Source: an uncultured cyanobacterium
GTDB taxonomy: Bacteria; Cyanobacteriota; Cyanobacteriia; Cyanobacteriales; Cyanobacteriaceae
Assembly (NCBI GenBank): GCA_963749915.1
Contig: CAVVOP010000021.1
Span: 32,001-96,000 of the forward strand
DNA length: 64,000 nt
Reading direction: 5' to 3'
Position numbers and translations under genes: made by a program. Below the pieces are notes generated by a model that ran no database searches, had not been told where the DNA came from, and saw nothing but the letters and a program-made list of their open reading frames with translations. This document shows positions 31,917 through 41,640 of this stretch, piece after piece; within the stretch, counting starts at the first letter, position 1, and each line of letters begins with the position of its first letter.

Positions 31917-32768
31917 GATACTGTTGGCGAACTTAACAAAAAGGCTAAAAGAAGAAATCCAGCTGTAAATTTTTCGTTGATGAGAGAATCAGATTTAGTT
32001 CGCGTTAATCTTCCGCGAACAATTAGCCGCTACTAAGCTTGGACGCATTTAATTTACATCCTTGGATTGGGCATAAAAAGAGATTGTGGGCTCGTAGCGC
32101 TTCGCTCCCACTCTTCAGTAGCGATCGCTCGCTCTCCCCATAGAAAGCACGTGGAATATTTGAACAATATAATTAGCGAAATAACTACGCTAACCTATTG
32201 TGAGGAAGGAGTATCCGTGATGCCAATGCGGTTCCATCAGGAGCTAAAGCAGCAAAGCGAGAAATGCGAGTCCCGGCGAGGGGAACTCCTGAGCTCCAAG
32301 CAAAGAGCCGCACCAGATTAATGGCCGTAGCTGTCGGAATATGTTGTCAATGAACTTTAGCTAAACCCAAATAACGAGCTTTCCGTAATCCAAAGGCTCT
32401 TACCCCCTGTGAGATGGTTCCTTCGATTCCGGCACGACGATTATAGCCTTTTTGCCACTCCTTAGTTTGTTGTTGCTCTCGCCTTCTCTGAAGTGCCGTT
32501 TGTTGTGCTTGGGGCAGAAGACGAAGGGTTCTGGGAAAACTGGTGGAACGAACACAATTTTTTCTCTGGCCACAAGCTAAACAATCTTGTTTGCCAAAAC
32601 TGACCCTCAGACCCTCATTACCCCAACGGTCGATTCTCAGGTCTCCAGGTGGTGCTCTTTTTTCCTTGTGGACAAATCACTTGCTCTTTTTGCCAGTCCA
32701 CCTTAAATTGAGACAGCTCATAAGCCTCCTCTGTTTGAGCTTGCCAAGAGGAATTGGGGCGTACTGGA
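31917..32768 (-). mobile_element. IS1182-family 3' remnant (frameshift and premature stop)
   Basis: ICPQGKKS, DCLAC..C and RRAGIEGTISQGVRAFGLRKARYLGLAKVH*QH; ORF ends at 32185; candidate terminus GATACTGTTGGCGAA at 31917. Confidence 0.75.
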
Positions 32769-32772
32769 CCAT

Positions 32773-32958
32773 CAAATTATGACCTTCGCTAGTATAATTA
32801 AAAATAGAGGATTAGTAGCGGTAGGGCATACCGTGAATGAAATTGCTTACGAAGGCGTACTGACGGGGATTAAGCAAGGTAACTTGGTCAATCTAGTTAA
32901 GTGCTGATGAGGTAAGAATCCCCCGACATAATCTTTGATTTGTCGGTGGGAGTGTCAA
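32773..32958 (+). mobile_element. 186-bp non-autonomous IS200/IS605 derivative retaining the tnpB 3' end and right end
   Basis: IKNRGLVAVGHTVNEIA..GVLTG..LVKC* (tnpB tail); subterminal hairpin 32920-32950; ends GGAGTGTCAA; preceded by CCAT. Confidence 0.75.
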
Positions 32959-33239
32959 CACTTAAAGATTTTAATATTTGGGCGAAGGTGAGACTTGGAA
33001 GAGGGGGAAGATTTTTCAACCAAAGAATAGGCTTTTCACTCCCTTGTCTACTTTCCCTCCTCTCTTGGTCAGCATTCCCTTGCGACTGTCGTCGTCGCGG
33101 GGTCTGACCGCTTGTCCTCCTTGTCTTGTCAACACCTAATTATAAAAAAACCTACCCTTGTAAGGCTAACCCTCCTCCTGCGCGGATGCCTTTCAACTCC
33201 TGCCTTCTTTAATTTTTAGCCTTGTTATTCAATTACTTA

Positions 33240-34880
33240 CTATTGGGCATTTTGTCTTTCATAATTAGAAATATTTCCGAGGGTATAAGTAGGAGGTGTT
33301 ACATTTGGTACGGTGCGATTTTCTGTGACTTGATAGTCTCCATAATTCCCTACCGCGTCAATTTTTACTTTTGAGTTACCAGAACTAGAATCCCATGCTT
33401 TAATCCACATAGAACCTCTAAAGTTTCCGTTAGTGTTCCCACCACCATTAACACTACCAGTGGCGGCGGGGGCATGAACAAAAGCTTTTACCGTACCAGT
33501 ACCGTTAAAATGAGCTTGTAAGGTGGGACAATTTGTCCCCACCGTTAATGAACCACAACCATATTTTGTATTGTTGCCAGTAGTGTAAGTATTGCCATAA
33601 ATTTGTAAATTTTTTGATGTATTACTAGCACTAGGGTTAATATCAGGATTACCACTTAGGTTAATATTACCTCTAACATAAAAAATAACTTTTGCGTTAT
33701 CTGCAATAGTTACATTACTACCGCCACTAATATTTAAATTATCGATAAGGTAATGATAGTAGCCATTCGCATCAGGAGTATCTCCGGGGGTAGCAGGAAC
33801 AGCAGGAACAGCAGGGGTTTTTATGCTACCATTCCCTTTATAAGTAGCGGGAATTGCTGGTGTACCAGGTGTCCCGGGTCGGGGGAATGTCATCCCGGCA
33901 ACAGACCCTGTAACGGTATAGAGGTTTGATGTGGGTAACGGAGGTGTATCGGGGATTGGTTCTTTCGAGATAGAAATAGATTGAGTACTTGTATTGTAAA
34001 GGTTACTGTTATCCGGTGCACCTGTTATTTGTGCCAGAGTTTTACAGGTAGGAGAATAAATTTTTATATTTCCATTAACTTTATCATTTGCCCAATCATT
34101 ACCCACTTCAGAAATCCATAGACCCGGTACCTGTTCCGCAGTAGAGAGAATGGTTCCACCACCACCCCCACTGGCCACATTAGCATCAAAGTCCACTTTT
34201 ATTTGTGCTTTTGAAGCGTTGTTTGATCCTACCTGTCCTTGAATAGTTAGACTAGCTTTGCTATTAGCACCTGTCCCACGACTATAACTTACAAGTTTAA
34301 ATTTTCCTTTATCAGGATTATTCGGATCTAATGCAACCCAAGTATTATTGGCATTAATAATATTAGATGGTACTTTGATTGCTCCACCTTGCAATTGGTC
34401 AATGATTTCCTGAGCCTTTTGAGATGTTAAAGATGTGCCAGCAGTGGTTCCAGAGCTAGGACTACAACTATAAGTAGCGGTGCTGGTGGTTCCTGATGTT
34501 CCCGCCGCCGTGTTTGCGGCATTATTTAATACTGTGTCTAGCTGAGTTGGTGCCGTGTTAGCGATAGTCGTCCATTCATTGTGGCTTGATACCATAGCTA
34601 AACGAGGCTCTTTAATAAATAAACTTTGCATTCTTGTCACCCCAGTTTCAGCAACAGCAATCGCTTGTTTAGTCATCTCATCAGACACTACGTTCGTTTT
34701 TAATTGATTTGCTTGAGCGATAGCTAAAGTGCCCGTGCCCAGACCCAATAAACCTATCGCTGTCCCAGTTATAAGGGTTGTACCCGCTTGATTCTGTTTC
34801 TTGATAGAGAGTAATCTATAGACAAAATTTGATTTTAGGGTGTTTTTTTGGTTATTGCTCTGGCGATTGTTGAATAACAT
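33240..34880 (-). CDS. PilX-like minor pilin / pilin-associated surface protein
   Basis: Class III signal-like QAG^TTLITGTAIGLLGLG, then QAIAVAETGVTR; Gly/Asn-rich C-terminal domain (FYVRGNINLSGN, AFVHAPAATG). Confidence 0.6.
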   Translation of the reverse strand: MLFNNRQSNNQKNTLKSNFVYRLLSIKKQNQAGTTLITGTAIGLLGLGTGTLAIAQANQLKTNVVSDEMTKQAIAVAETGVTRMQSLFIKEPRLAMVSSHNEWTTIANTAPTQLDTVLNNAANTAAGTSGTTSTATYSCSPSSGTTAGTSLTSQKAQEIIDQLQGGAIKVPSNIINANNTWVALDPNNPDKGKFKLVSYSRGTGANSKASLTIQGQVGSNNASKAQIKVDFDANVASGGGGGTILSTAEQVPGLWISEVGNDWANDKVNGNIKIYSPTCKTLAQITGAPDNSNLYNTSTQSISISKEPIPDTPPLPTSNLYTVTGSVAGMTFPRPGTPGTPAIPATYKGNGSIKTPAVPAVPATPGDTPDANGYYHYLIDNLNISGGSNVTIADNAKVIFYVRGNINLSGNPDINPSASNTSKNLQIYGNTYTTGNNTKYGCGSLTVGTNCPTLQAHFNGTGTVKAFVHAPAATGSVNGGGNTNGNFRGSMWIKAWDSSSGNSKVKIDAVGNYGDYQVTENRTVPNVTPPTYTLGNISNYERQNAQ

Positions 34881-35112
34881 GGTAGTGTCCTCTTTTTTAA
34901 TAATAATTGCTTTGTTATAGTTGCTATATCTAGGATGCCTTTTCCAGAAGAAAAAACCAACCGCAGAATCACGGGATTATGTGCATTAGGTTTCTGTAAA
35001 GTTATCGGTATAAATACTTCCCCAGGGTTCTAAGTAAGGGGAAAAATATATGAGGATGATGAAGCGATCGCCATATAATAAATTGAAGGAATAGATTGGT
35101 TAGAAAAGTTAG

Positions 35113-35562
35113 ATGAATTATCAAAAAATCTTGCCGCCTTTTTGGTTTCTCCTCTCGATTATTTTGATGGTAGGATCTAATTGGTTGCTACCCGTCAAAC
35201 AGTTAATTACTCCGCCTTTTAATTATGGGGGGCTAGGGGCGATAGTCGTCGGTATTTTCATGGTTGTCTCTTGTGACCGAATATTTCGGCAAAAAGGGAC
35301 GACCATCAAGCCTTTTGAAGAATCGAGTTCCCTAGTCCAAGAAGGGCTTTTTCATTATAGTCGAAACCCGATTTATTTGGGCATGGTCGTTTTTTTATTC
35401 GGGCTTTGGTTTTTCTTAGGGAGTCTAACCCCTGTGGCGGTAATTCCCTTGTTTATTTGGCTGATTCAGGAAAAGTTTATCAAAGAAGAGGAACAGATGC
35501 TCTCCGACAAATTTGGCGAGGAATATCAGCAATACGAAACCAAAGTAAGGCGCTGGATTTGA
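35113..35562 (+). CDS. Isoprenylcysteine carboxylmethyltransferase/PEMT family membrane protein
   Basis: GLFHYSRNPIYLG and EEQML..KFGEEY..Y..KVRRWI motifs. Confidence 0.85.
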   Translation: MNYQKILPPFWFLLSIILMVGSNWLLPVKQLITPPFNYGGLGAIVVGIFMVVSCDRIFRQKGTTIKPFEESSSLVQEGLFHYSRNPIYLGMVVFLFGLWFFLGSLTPVAVIPLFIWLIQEKFIKEEEQMLSDKFGEEYQQYETKVRRWI

Positions 35563-35660
35563 AACTTTCTTGAGTTAGCTGTAAACTGTCGAACTCGACC
35601 AAGGCATACTAAAGATCTGGACAATGGCTATAACCTATTTGTTTCGGGGTTGTACCCTAG

Positions 35661-36527
35661 CTAAAGAACTTTAATGGCTAGTGCTAATCCTTGGCAAACT
35701 TTAGTTAAGAAATCTAGATTTATGGTATCAATGGTGTCTTTTGCCTTATGGTAATTAGGGTTTCTCAGATTGGCGGTATCAGTTACCATAATAGCATTGT
35801 ATCCGTGATCCCAAAAAGGTGCGTGATCACTTCGGCGTGTTTCCGGCAAAGCATTCCCTCTTAATATCATGGGTAACCACTCACAAGCTACATTGGCTTG
35901 TTTGATACTCTTACTAATCCTGACTAAATCCGGAATAGTTCTGGCATTGCCAATTAGAGCCAGAAAATTTCCGCGGGAGGGGTAAAAATATTTCAAGACC
36001 GGTGGGTAAGACTGAGATCCCCGTTGATTGTCGTAGTAGCCTAGCATTTCTAAGGATAACATGAGCCGAAGCTTCTGTTTTTCCTTACTAAGTAGATGGC
36101 TGTAGGCTTTGCTTCCCAGCAAGCCATATTCCTCTAAATCAAAAGCGACAAGGCGAACGGGAAGTCGAGGTGGTTCCTGAGTGAAAAATTTAGCTAATTC
36201 CAGTAATACTGAAACTCCAGTTGCGTTATCGTCAGCACCAGGAGAACCGGGAACCGTATCATAATGTGCGCCAATCAAAATAGGATAAGCATTCATTAAG
36301 CCTTGATCATCACAGAGATCCAAAATAAGATTTTCATAGATTTTCCCCTTCAGATTAAATGGATGAGTTCTGACCTCGCCGAATTTTGCTAACTCTTGAC
36401 GTATGTACTCCTTGACATAGTAATGACCAGCACTACCTAGATAGGGATCTCTTTCCCTGACAATTTGACACAGATGCTGGTAGAGGCTATTTTTTATTTG
36501 TTGATTGATCTTTATCTGTTGCTTCAT
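35661..36527 (-). CDS. M28 family peptidase
   Basis: GAHYD, GADDNATG, DLEEYGLLGS and SDHAPF motifs. Confidence 0.9.
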   Translation of the reverse strand: MKQQIKINQQIKNSLYQHLCQIVRERDPYLGSAGHYYVKEYIRQELAKFGEVRTHPFNLKGKIYENLILDLCDDQGLMNAYPILIGAHYDTVPGSPGADDNATGVSVLLELAKFFTQEPPRLPVRLVAFDLEEYGLLGSKAYSHLLSKEKQKLRLMLSLEMLGYYDNQRGSQSYPPVLKYFYPSRGNFLALIGNARTIPDLVRISKSIKQANVACEWLPMILRGNALPETRRSDHAPFWDHGYNAIMVTDTANLRNPNYHKAKDTIDTINLDFLTKVCQGLALAIKVL

Positions 36528-36818
36528 TCTATCACACAGTTGTAGTTAGCTTAGTTTTTGCCTTTTAACTTCTTCTCTTCATTATTGATGAACAAAAATC
36601 AAAAAAGACAAATTGATGATTTCAGGGTTCTCAGGTTAGAAAGAGTTAATAATTCATAATTTTGAATTGGAGCGAAACGACTTGATTTTATATAAAGAGA
36701 GCTGCTAATATTCAATCTTACCTCCCCCACTATCATCTTTGATTTAGTGGAGGTAGAATGTCAATAAACTGTATTTATTTCAAGGCAGAATAAAAAATTT
36801 AATTAGTTATGAATAATC

Positions 36819-37532
36819 ATGATCCCCTTAACAGACATATTTACCAATAACTCCTTAGATACTAATAAAGTGGTAGAAATTAGAAACTTAGATTTTTATT
36901 ATCGCAATAATTATATTGAAAAACAGACTCTTTTTGATATTAATTTAACCTTAAAAAAAGGAGAAGTGGTCATCATGAAAGGACCTTCTGGTTCAGGAAA
37001 AACTACTTTATTAACCTTAATGGGTGCCTTAAGAAGTGCTAGTTATGGTAGTTTGAAAGTATTTGGCCAGGAATTGGTAAAAGCTAATAATAATTTGTTA
37101 ATTCAAACTAGAAGAAATATTGGTTATATTTTCCAAGCTCATAATTTATTAAAATCTCTCACAGCGAGACAAAATGTACAAATGTCCGTAGAGTTACACC
37201 CAGAATTTTCTCCTAGAGAAGCCAAACAAAAATCAATCGAAATGTTAACGGCGGTTGGGTTGGGTGACAGAATTGATTACTACCCTGACAATCTTTCTGG
37301 TGGACAAAAACAACGAGTTGCCATCGCTCGTGCCTTAGTTTCGCATCCCAAGTTAGTTTTAGCTGATGAACCCACCGCCGCCTTAGATAGTAAATCTGGT
37401 AGGGGTGTGGTGGAAATTATGCAAAAATTAGCCAAGGAGCAAGGTTGTACTATTCTTATTGTCACCCATGACGATCGCATTTTAGATGTAGCAGAACGTA
37501 TCATTGAATTAGAAGACGGATTATTAGTTTAA
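36819..37532 (+). CDS. DevA-family ABC transporter ATP-binding protein
   Basis: GPSGSGKTT, IGYIFQAHNLL, LSGGQKQRVAIARA and ADEPT motifs. Confidence 0.88.
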   Translation: MIPLTDIFTNNSLDTNKVVEIRNLDFYYRNNYIEKQTLFDINLTLKKGEVVIMKGPSGSGKTTLLTLMGALRSASYGSLKVFGQELVKANNNLLIQTRRNIGYIFQAHNLLKSLTARQNVQMSVELHPEFSPREAKQKSIEMLTAVGLGDRIDYYPDNLSGGQKQRVAIARALVSHPKLVLADEPTAALDSKSGRGVVEIMQKLAKEQGCTILIVTHDDRILDVAERIIELEDGLLV

Positions 37533-37722
37533 GGATCTATTCCATGAGTACCTTTTTTCAACAGTGGAGAAATCGATTCATTTCCCTAGGCTTTTTCAGT
37601 AACATCCCCCTAAATAAATTCGGTTTTCCACCTAATAGAAGCAGGAAATTTATGACACAATAAGGATGTCAATAAAAGTTAAATACATAAGTCATTAAAT
37701 CGCCCACGAGGAGGTAAAAATT

Positions 37723-38196
37723 ATGTCTTTAGTTCGTTTCTATCCCTTATCAGATATTGATGGTTTGCATCGTCAAATGAATCGACTTTTTGACGAAATA
37801 ACTTCTTGGGACAAAACTAGTAGTAATGTATTACAGCCGTCAGTAGAGCTGTTGGACAATAAAGATAGTTTAACTTTGAGAGTTTTAGTGCCGGGTATTG
37901 AGAAAAAAGATCTCGATATTAGTGTTACCAGTGAAGCAGTGAAAATTAGTGGCGAATACCGTCATCAAGAAGAACAGAAGGATAGTGGTTATTATCTTTC
38001 TGAATTTAATTATGGTAAATTTGAGCGTACTATCAATTTGCCTGTGGCTGTTCGCAATGAAGAAGTCATTGCTGACTATACTGATGGTATTTTAACCCTA
38101 ACTTTGCCGAAAATTGAAGAAGCTAAAAATAAAGTATTTAAAGTTAGCTTGGAGGGGGATAATCAACCCACCTTGGATGCGAAAGCCGATCAGTAA
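37723..38196 (+). CDS. hspA: Small heat shock protein (Hsp20)
   Basis: RQMNRLFD, SEFNYGKFERTINLP and YTDGILTLTLPK motifs; GGAGG RBS. Confidence 0.88.
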   Translation: MSLVRFYPLSDIDGLHRQMNRLFDEITSWDKTSSNVLQPSVELLDNKDSLTLRVLVPGIEKKDLDISVTSEAVKISGEYRHQEEQKDSGYYLSEFNYGKFERTINLPVAVRNEEVIADYTDGILTLTLPKIEEAKNKVFKVSLEGDNQPTLDAKADQ

Positions 38197-38242
38197 TCTT
38201 CGGTTTTTATCTGAATTTAACTAATAAATAATTGTAATTTGT

Positions 38243-38268
38243 GCCTGTCCTCGGTGGCAGGTTTTTTT
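38243..38268 (+). terminator. Terminator after hspA
   Basis: GCCTGTC-CTCGGT-GGCAGGT followed by a T run. Confidence 0.7.
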
Positions 38269-38462
38269 ATTATGGTTCTCTCAGACTGGTTGTGATCAAT
38301 TAATTACTACTTTCAATACCTTCGTCAAAAAAAGATCATAAAAAGTACCAGTATTTCTCTCTTCCTTGTCTACTTTCCTTCCTTGTCCCCCAAGTCTCAC
38401 CCTCACCAGAATCTAATTGTAAAAAACCTAACCTGATAAGCCCCTAACCCCTAATACCTAAC

Positions 38463-39017
38463 CTAACTTTTCACGGCATCTTTTTCGGTTGACAGGTGTT
38501 AGGTGTTAGGGGTTGGGTGTTAGGATTAGGGATTGAGGATAAGCTTTAATAGTTGAACAGTCAAAAAAAACACTTAGAAACTGATGGGAATACAATCCTA
38601 TAGAGACTTAAAGGTTTGGCAAACAGGCATGGATTTAGCAGAAGAATGCTACTTAGTTACTCGCAATTTCCCCAAAGAAGAACTTTACGGGTTAATTTCT
38701 CAGATTCGTCGAGCATCAGCCTCTATTCCCGCCAATGTCGCTGAGGGGCATGGTCGAAAAACCCGAAAAGAATATATACAGTTTTTATACATAGCACAAG
38801 GCTCTCTTAAAGAATTAGAAACTCATCTTTTATTGTCGAAAAGGGTAAAGTTAGGAGAGGGGAAAGTCATTGATTCTCTTTTAAATAGATGTGAATCCCT
38901 CGGAAGATTATTATCAGCATTGATTCGTGCCCTCGAAAACAAAAACTGAATTTTCCCTATCACCCAACCCCTAACACCCAAACCCTTTCTCAGGGAAAAG
39001 ATACCGTGAAAAGTCAG
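38463..39017. mobile_element. 555-bp non-autonomous TIR element carrying a four-helix-bundle gene
   Basis: TIRs CTAACTTTTCACGGCATCTTTT / AAAAGATACCGTGAAAAGTCAG; 10-bp TSD AATACCTAAC at 38453-38462 and 39018-39027. Confidence 0.9.
38584..38949 (+). CDS. Four-helix-bundle protein (23S rRNA IVP/bAvd-like family)
   Basis: YRDLKVWQ, FPKEELYGLISQIRRASASIPANVAEG and FLYIAQGSLKELETHL motifs. Confidence 0.92.
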   Translation: MGIQSYRDLKVWQTGMDLAEECYLVTRNFPKEELYGLISQIRRASASIPANVAEGHGRKTRKEYIQFLYIAQGSLKELETHLLLSKRVKLGEGKVIDSLLNRCESLGRLLSALIRALENKN

Positions 39018-39098
39018 AATACCTAACACCTTTTATTCAGTATCTATGTACTGGTGCAAGATGTGAGTAGGAGAGGGTTAATTGTTAATTGTTAATAA

Positions 39099-40616
39099 CT
39101 AAAATGAAGCTCTACCATAAAGATAGGTTAAATATTTGAGGTGTTCGCTAATATCGTCAGTTAAAACATCCTCTTCATAGCGCCAACTCCAATTATCTTC
39201 AGTGGTACCCGGGGTGTTCATTTTCGAGTCTGAACCTAACCCTAACAGATCCTGCACAGGGAAAACAGCCAAATTGGCCACTGAGGATAATGCTAAACGA
39301 ATTAAACTCCAGTGGATTCCTTCATTACAAATACCGCCGAGAAAATCTACTACTCTTTGTCTTTCACTAAAGGATCGTTTTTCGAACCATCCCACCGTTG
39401 TATCATTATCGTGAGTACCTGCATAAACAACACAGTTACGATCGGTGTAATTATAAGGTAAAAAACCATTAGCTCGATCAGAGTCGAAGGCAAAATGTAA
39501 AACTTTCATCCCGGGAAATTTATACTTATCTCGTAATTCTTCTACTTCTGGAGTAATAACGCCTAAATCCTCCGCCACAATGGGTAAAACGCCTAACTCT
39601 TGCTCAAGAATGGTAAAAAACTTATCGCCCGGTGCTTCTAGCCATTCCCCATTAATAGCAGTGGTTTCTCCCTCAGGCACAGCCCAATAAGCCTCAAAGC
39701 CTCGAAAATGGTCAATACGCATAATGTCAACATATTCTAACATTCCTTTAATGCGTTGCACCCACCATGCAAAATCGGTTTTTTCTAGCACCTCCCAATC
39801 ATAAACAGGATTACCCCATAACTGACCAGTGGCACTAAAATAATCAGGTGGAACACCAGCCATTAAAGCCGCCGCACCCGTTTTGACATCTAAACAAAAA
39901 ATCTCTTGATTTGCCCACACATCAACACTATCATGGGCGACGTAGATAGGAATATCTCCAAAAATTTTGACGTTTTTCTCGTTGGCATATTCTTTTAAGT
40001 TTCGCCATTGTTTAAAGAAGCTAAACTGTAAAAATTTATGATAGAACATTTCATGACCAAGTTTGATTTGCCATCGGGAAATCGCAGAAGGGTTACGTTT
40101 AGCAATAGATTCATCCCACTGAAACCAAGCACTACCTTGATGATAGTCTTTTAACGCCATGTAGAGAGAAAAATCTTCCAACCAGTAACTATAATCTTCG
40201 CAAAATTGAGCAAATTCTTGTTTATATTCGTCGTCGTCTCGTGCTTGGAATGCTTCAAAAGCTTTACGATATAGGGGATATTTTTCCTTAATGACTAAAT
40301 CAAAGTTGACACGGGATTTTTTTTCTTTCTCAAAAACGGTTTTAACGGTTTCTAAATCTTCTTCTGTTAATAAATCATCACCATAAAGAATATCTGGGCT
40401 AATCATTAAGGGATTTCCGGCTAAAGCAGAATAGGCCAAATAAGGAGAATTTCCCGCACCAGTAGGCCCCAAAGGCAATATCTGCCAAACCTGTTGATCA
40501 CCTTTTTCCAAAAAATCCACGAATCGATAAGCACCATTTCCTAAATCACCAATGCCATAAGCACTAGGTAAGGAGGTTGGATGTAGTAAAATACCACTCA
40601 GTCTGCGATCGAACAT
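39099..40616 (-). CDS. malQ: 4-alpha-glucanotransferase
   Basis: SGILLHPTSLP, GVPPDYFSATGQLWGNP, RIDHFRG, AEDLG and GTHDNDT motifs. Confidence 0.96.
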   Translation of the reverse strand: MFDRRLSGILLHPTSLPSAYGIGDLGNGAYRFVDFLEKGDQQVWQILPLGPTGAGNSPYLAYSALAGNPLMISPDILYGDDLLTEEDLETVKTVFEKEKKSRVNFDLVIKEKYPLYRKAFEAFQARDDDEYKQEFAQFCEDYSYWLEDFSLYMALKDYHQGSAWFQWDESIAKRNPSAISRWQIKLGHEMFYHKFLQFSFFKQWRNLKEYANEKNVKIFGDIPIYVAHDSVDVWANQEIFCLDVKTGAAALMAGVPPDYFSATGQLWGNPVYDWEVLEKTDFAWWVQRIKGMLEYVDIMRIDHFRGFEAYWAVPEGETTAINGEWLEAPGDKFFTILEQELGVLPIVAEDLGVITPEVEELRDKYKFPGMKVLHFAFDSDRANGFLPYNYTDRNCVVYAGTHDNDTTVGWFEKRSFSERQRVVDFLGGICNEGIHWSLIRLALSSVANLAVFPVQDLLGLGSDSKMNTPGTTEDNWSWRYEEDVLTDDISEHLKYLTYLYGRASF

Positions 40617-40806
40617 AAAAACAGCATCCCCTGAACTTTGATTAATCTTGTAGAGCTAACTAATCTTAGTTCAATCAGAGATCAGAAATTCATAATATTA
40701 AGAAACGTAACAGGTAATAGATAAATATTTGGATGTCCGTTATAACTGGTGAAAAAGAATCATAAGTTACAATGATCATATAGTCTTGAATCTCTATTAT
40801 TAATTT

Positions 40807-41469
40807 ATGACGACGAACTGTAATCCCAATGAATATACTGATGGGCAAATTTCTGCATGGTTAAGGGGTTTACTCACCGTTGCCTATGCCGATGGTCATT
40901 TTGATTCTGAAGAACAAGAATTGATTGCTAGTTTAACTCAAGATGAGCTTATCCCCCATACAGATTTGGGCAATTTGGACACAATTTCCCCTCAAGGGTT
41001 AGCAGAGGCTTTAGGGAATGATATTAACACCAGAGAAAATTTTTTGCGTACTGCTGTGATGATGGCCATTGCAGACGGGGTGTATAGTAAACAAGAGGCG
41101 GATATAGTCCACGAATTTCAGTCGGCTTTGGGGTTAGATTTAGAAGCCTTAAAATCCTTAGAAGCAACCCTTTGGCATCCCGAAGTAGGAACAACAGGAG
41201 AGGAAAAACATCCGGATTTGTTACAACCTGTTAAAAAATGGTTAGATGGTATGGATGTGAATGATCCCAGGGTAGCTCGTTTCTTGTGTAAAATGATACC
41301 CTCAGAATGCCCCTTTGAGCGGGACATAAAATTATTTGGGAAAAAAATTGTCCATATTCCCCCAATGTGTAAACTTAACCCCTTATATGATCAAATGGTA
41401 GGTTTAAGATTTCGCTCTCTTTCCTTTTTAGCGGATGACTGTAAAGAAGACGTTACACCCTACTTATAA
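40807..41469 (+). CDS. TerB-like plus Mo-dependent nitrogenase C-terminal domain protein
   Basis: AYADGHFDSEE; CPFERDIKLFG..HIPPMCKLNPLYDQMVGLRFRSL. Confidence 0.85.
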   Translation: MTTNCNPNEYTDGQISAWLRGLLTVAYADGHFDSEEQELIASLTQDELIPHTDLGNLDTISPQGLAEALGNDINTRENFLRTAVMMAIADGVYSKQEADIVHEFQSALGLDLEALKSLEATLWHPEVGTTGEEKHPDLLQPVKKWLDGMDVNDPRVARFLCKMIPSECPFERDIKLFGKKIVHIPPMCKLNPLYDQMVGLRFRSLSFLADDCKEDVTPYL

Positions 41470-41640
41470 TCGATGGTTTACCCATAAGTCCATAAGTCTC
41501 TTAGGCCGCATTGGGAAGAAGTTGAGCTAGTATCTACATTTGCCAAGCCCATCATAACAAAATGTTTCTTTATCCTTATTGTAGAAATAGCTTTTGCGAA
41601 TTGGTATTAAACATAATTTCCGATTAAAGTATGTTTTTAT

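Noticed and set aside
36819..37532. DevA-like ATPase without adjacent devBC
   Set aside because: Split ABC transporter genes are common in cyanobacteria
38584..38949. Diversity-generating retroelement or rRNA intervening sequence
   Set aside because: No reverse transcriptase, TR/VR pair or rRNA in the window
40807..41469. Evidence of nitrogen fixation
   Set aside because: This domain name is historical and the family occurs in non-diazotrophs; there are no nif genes here
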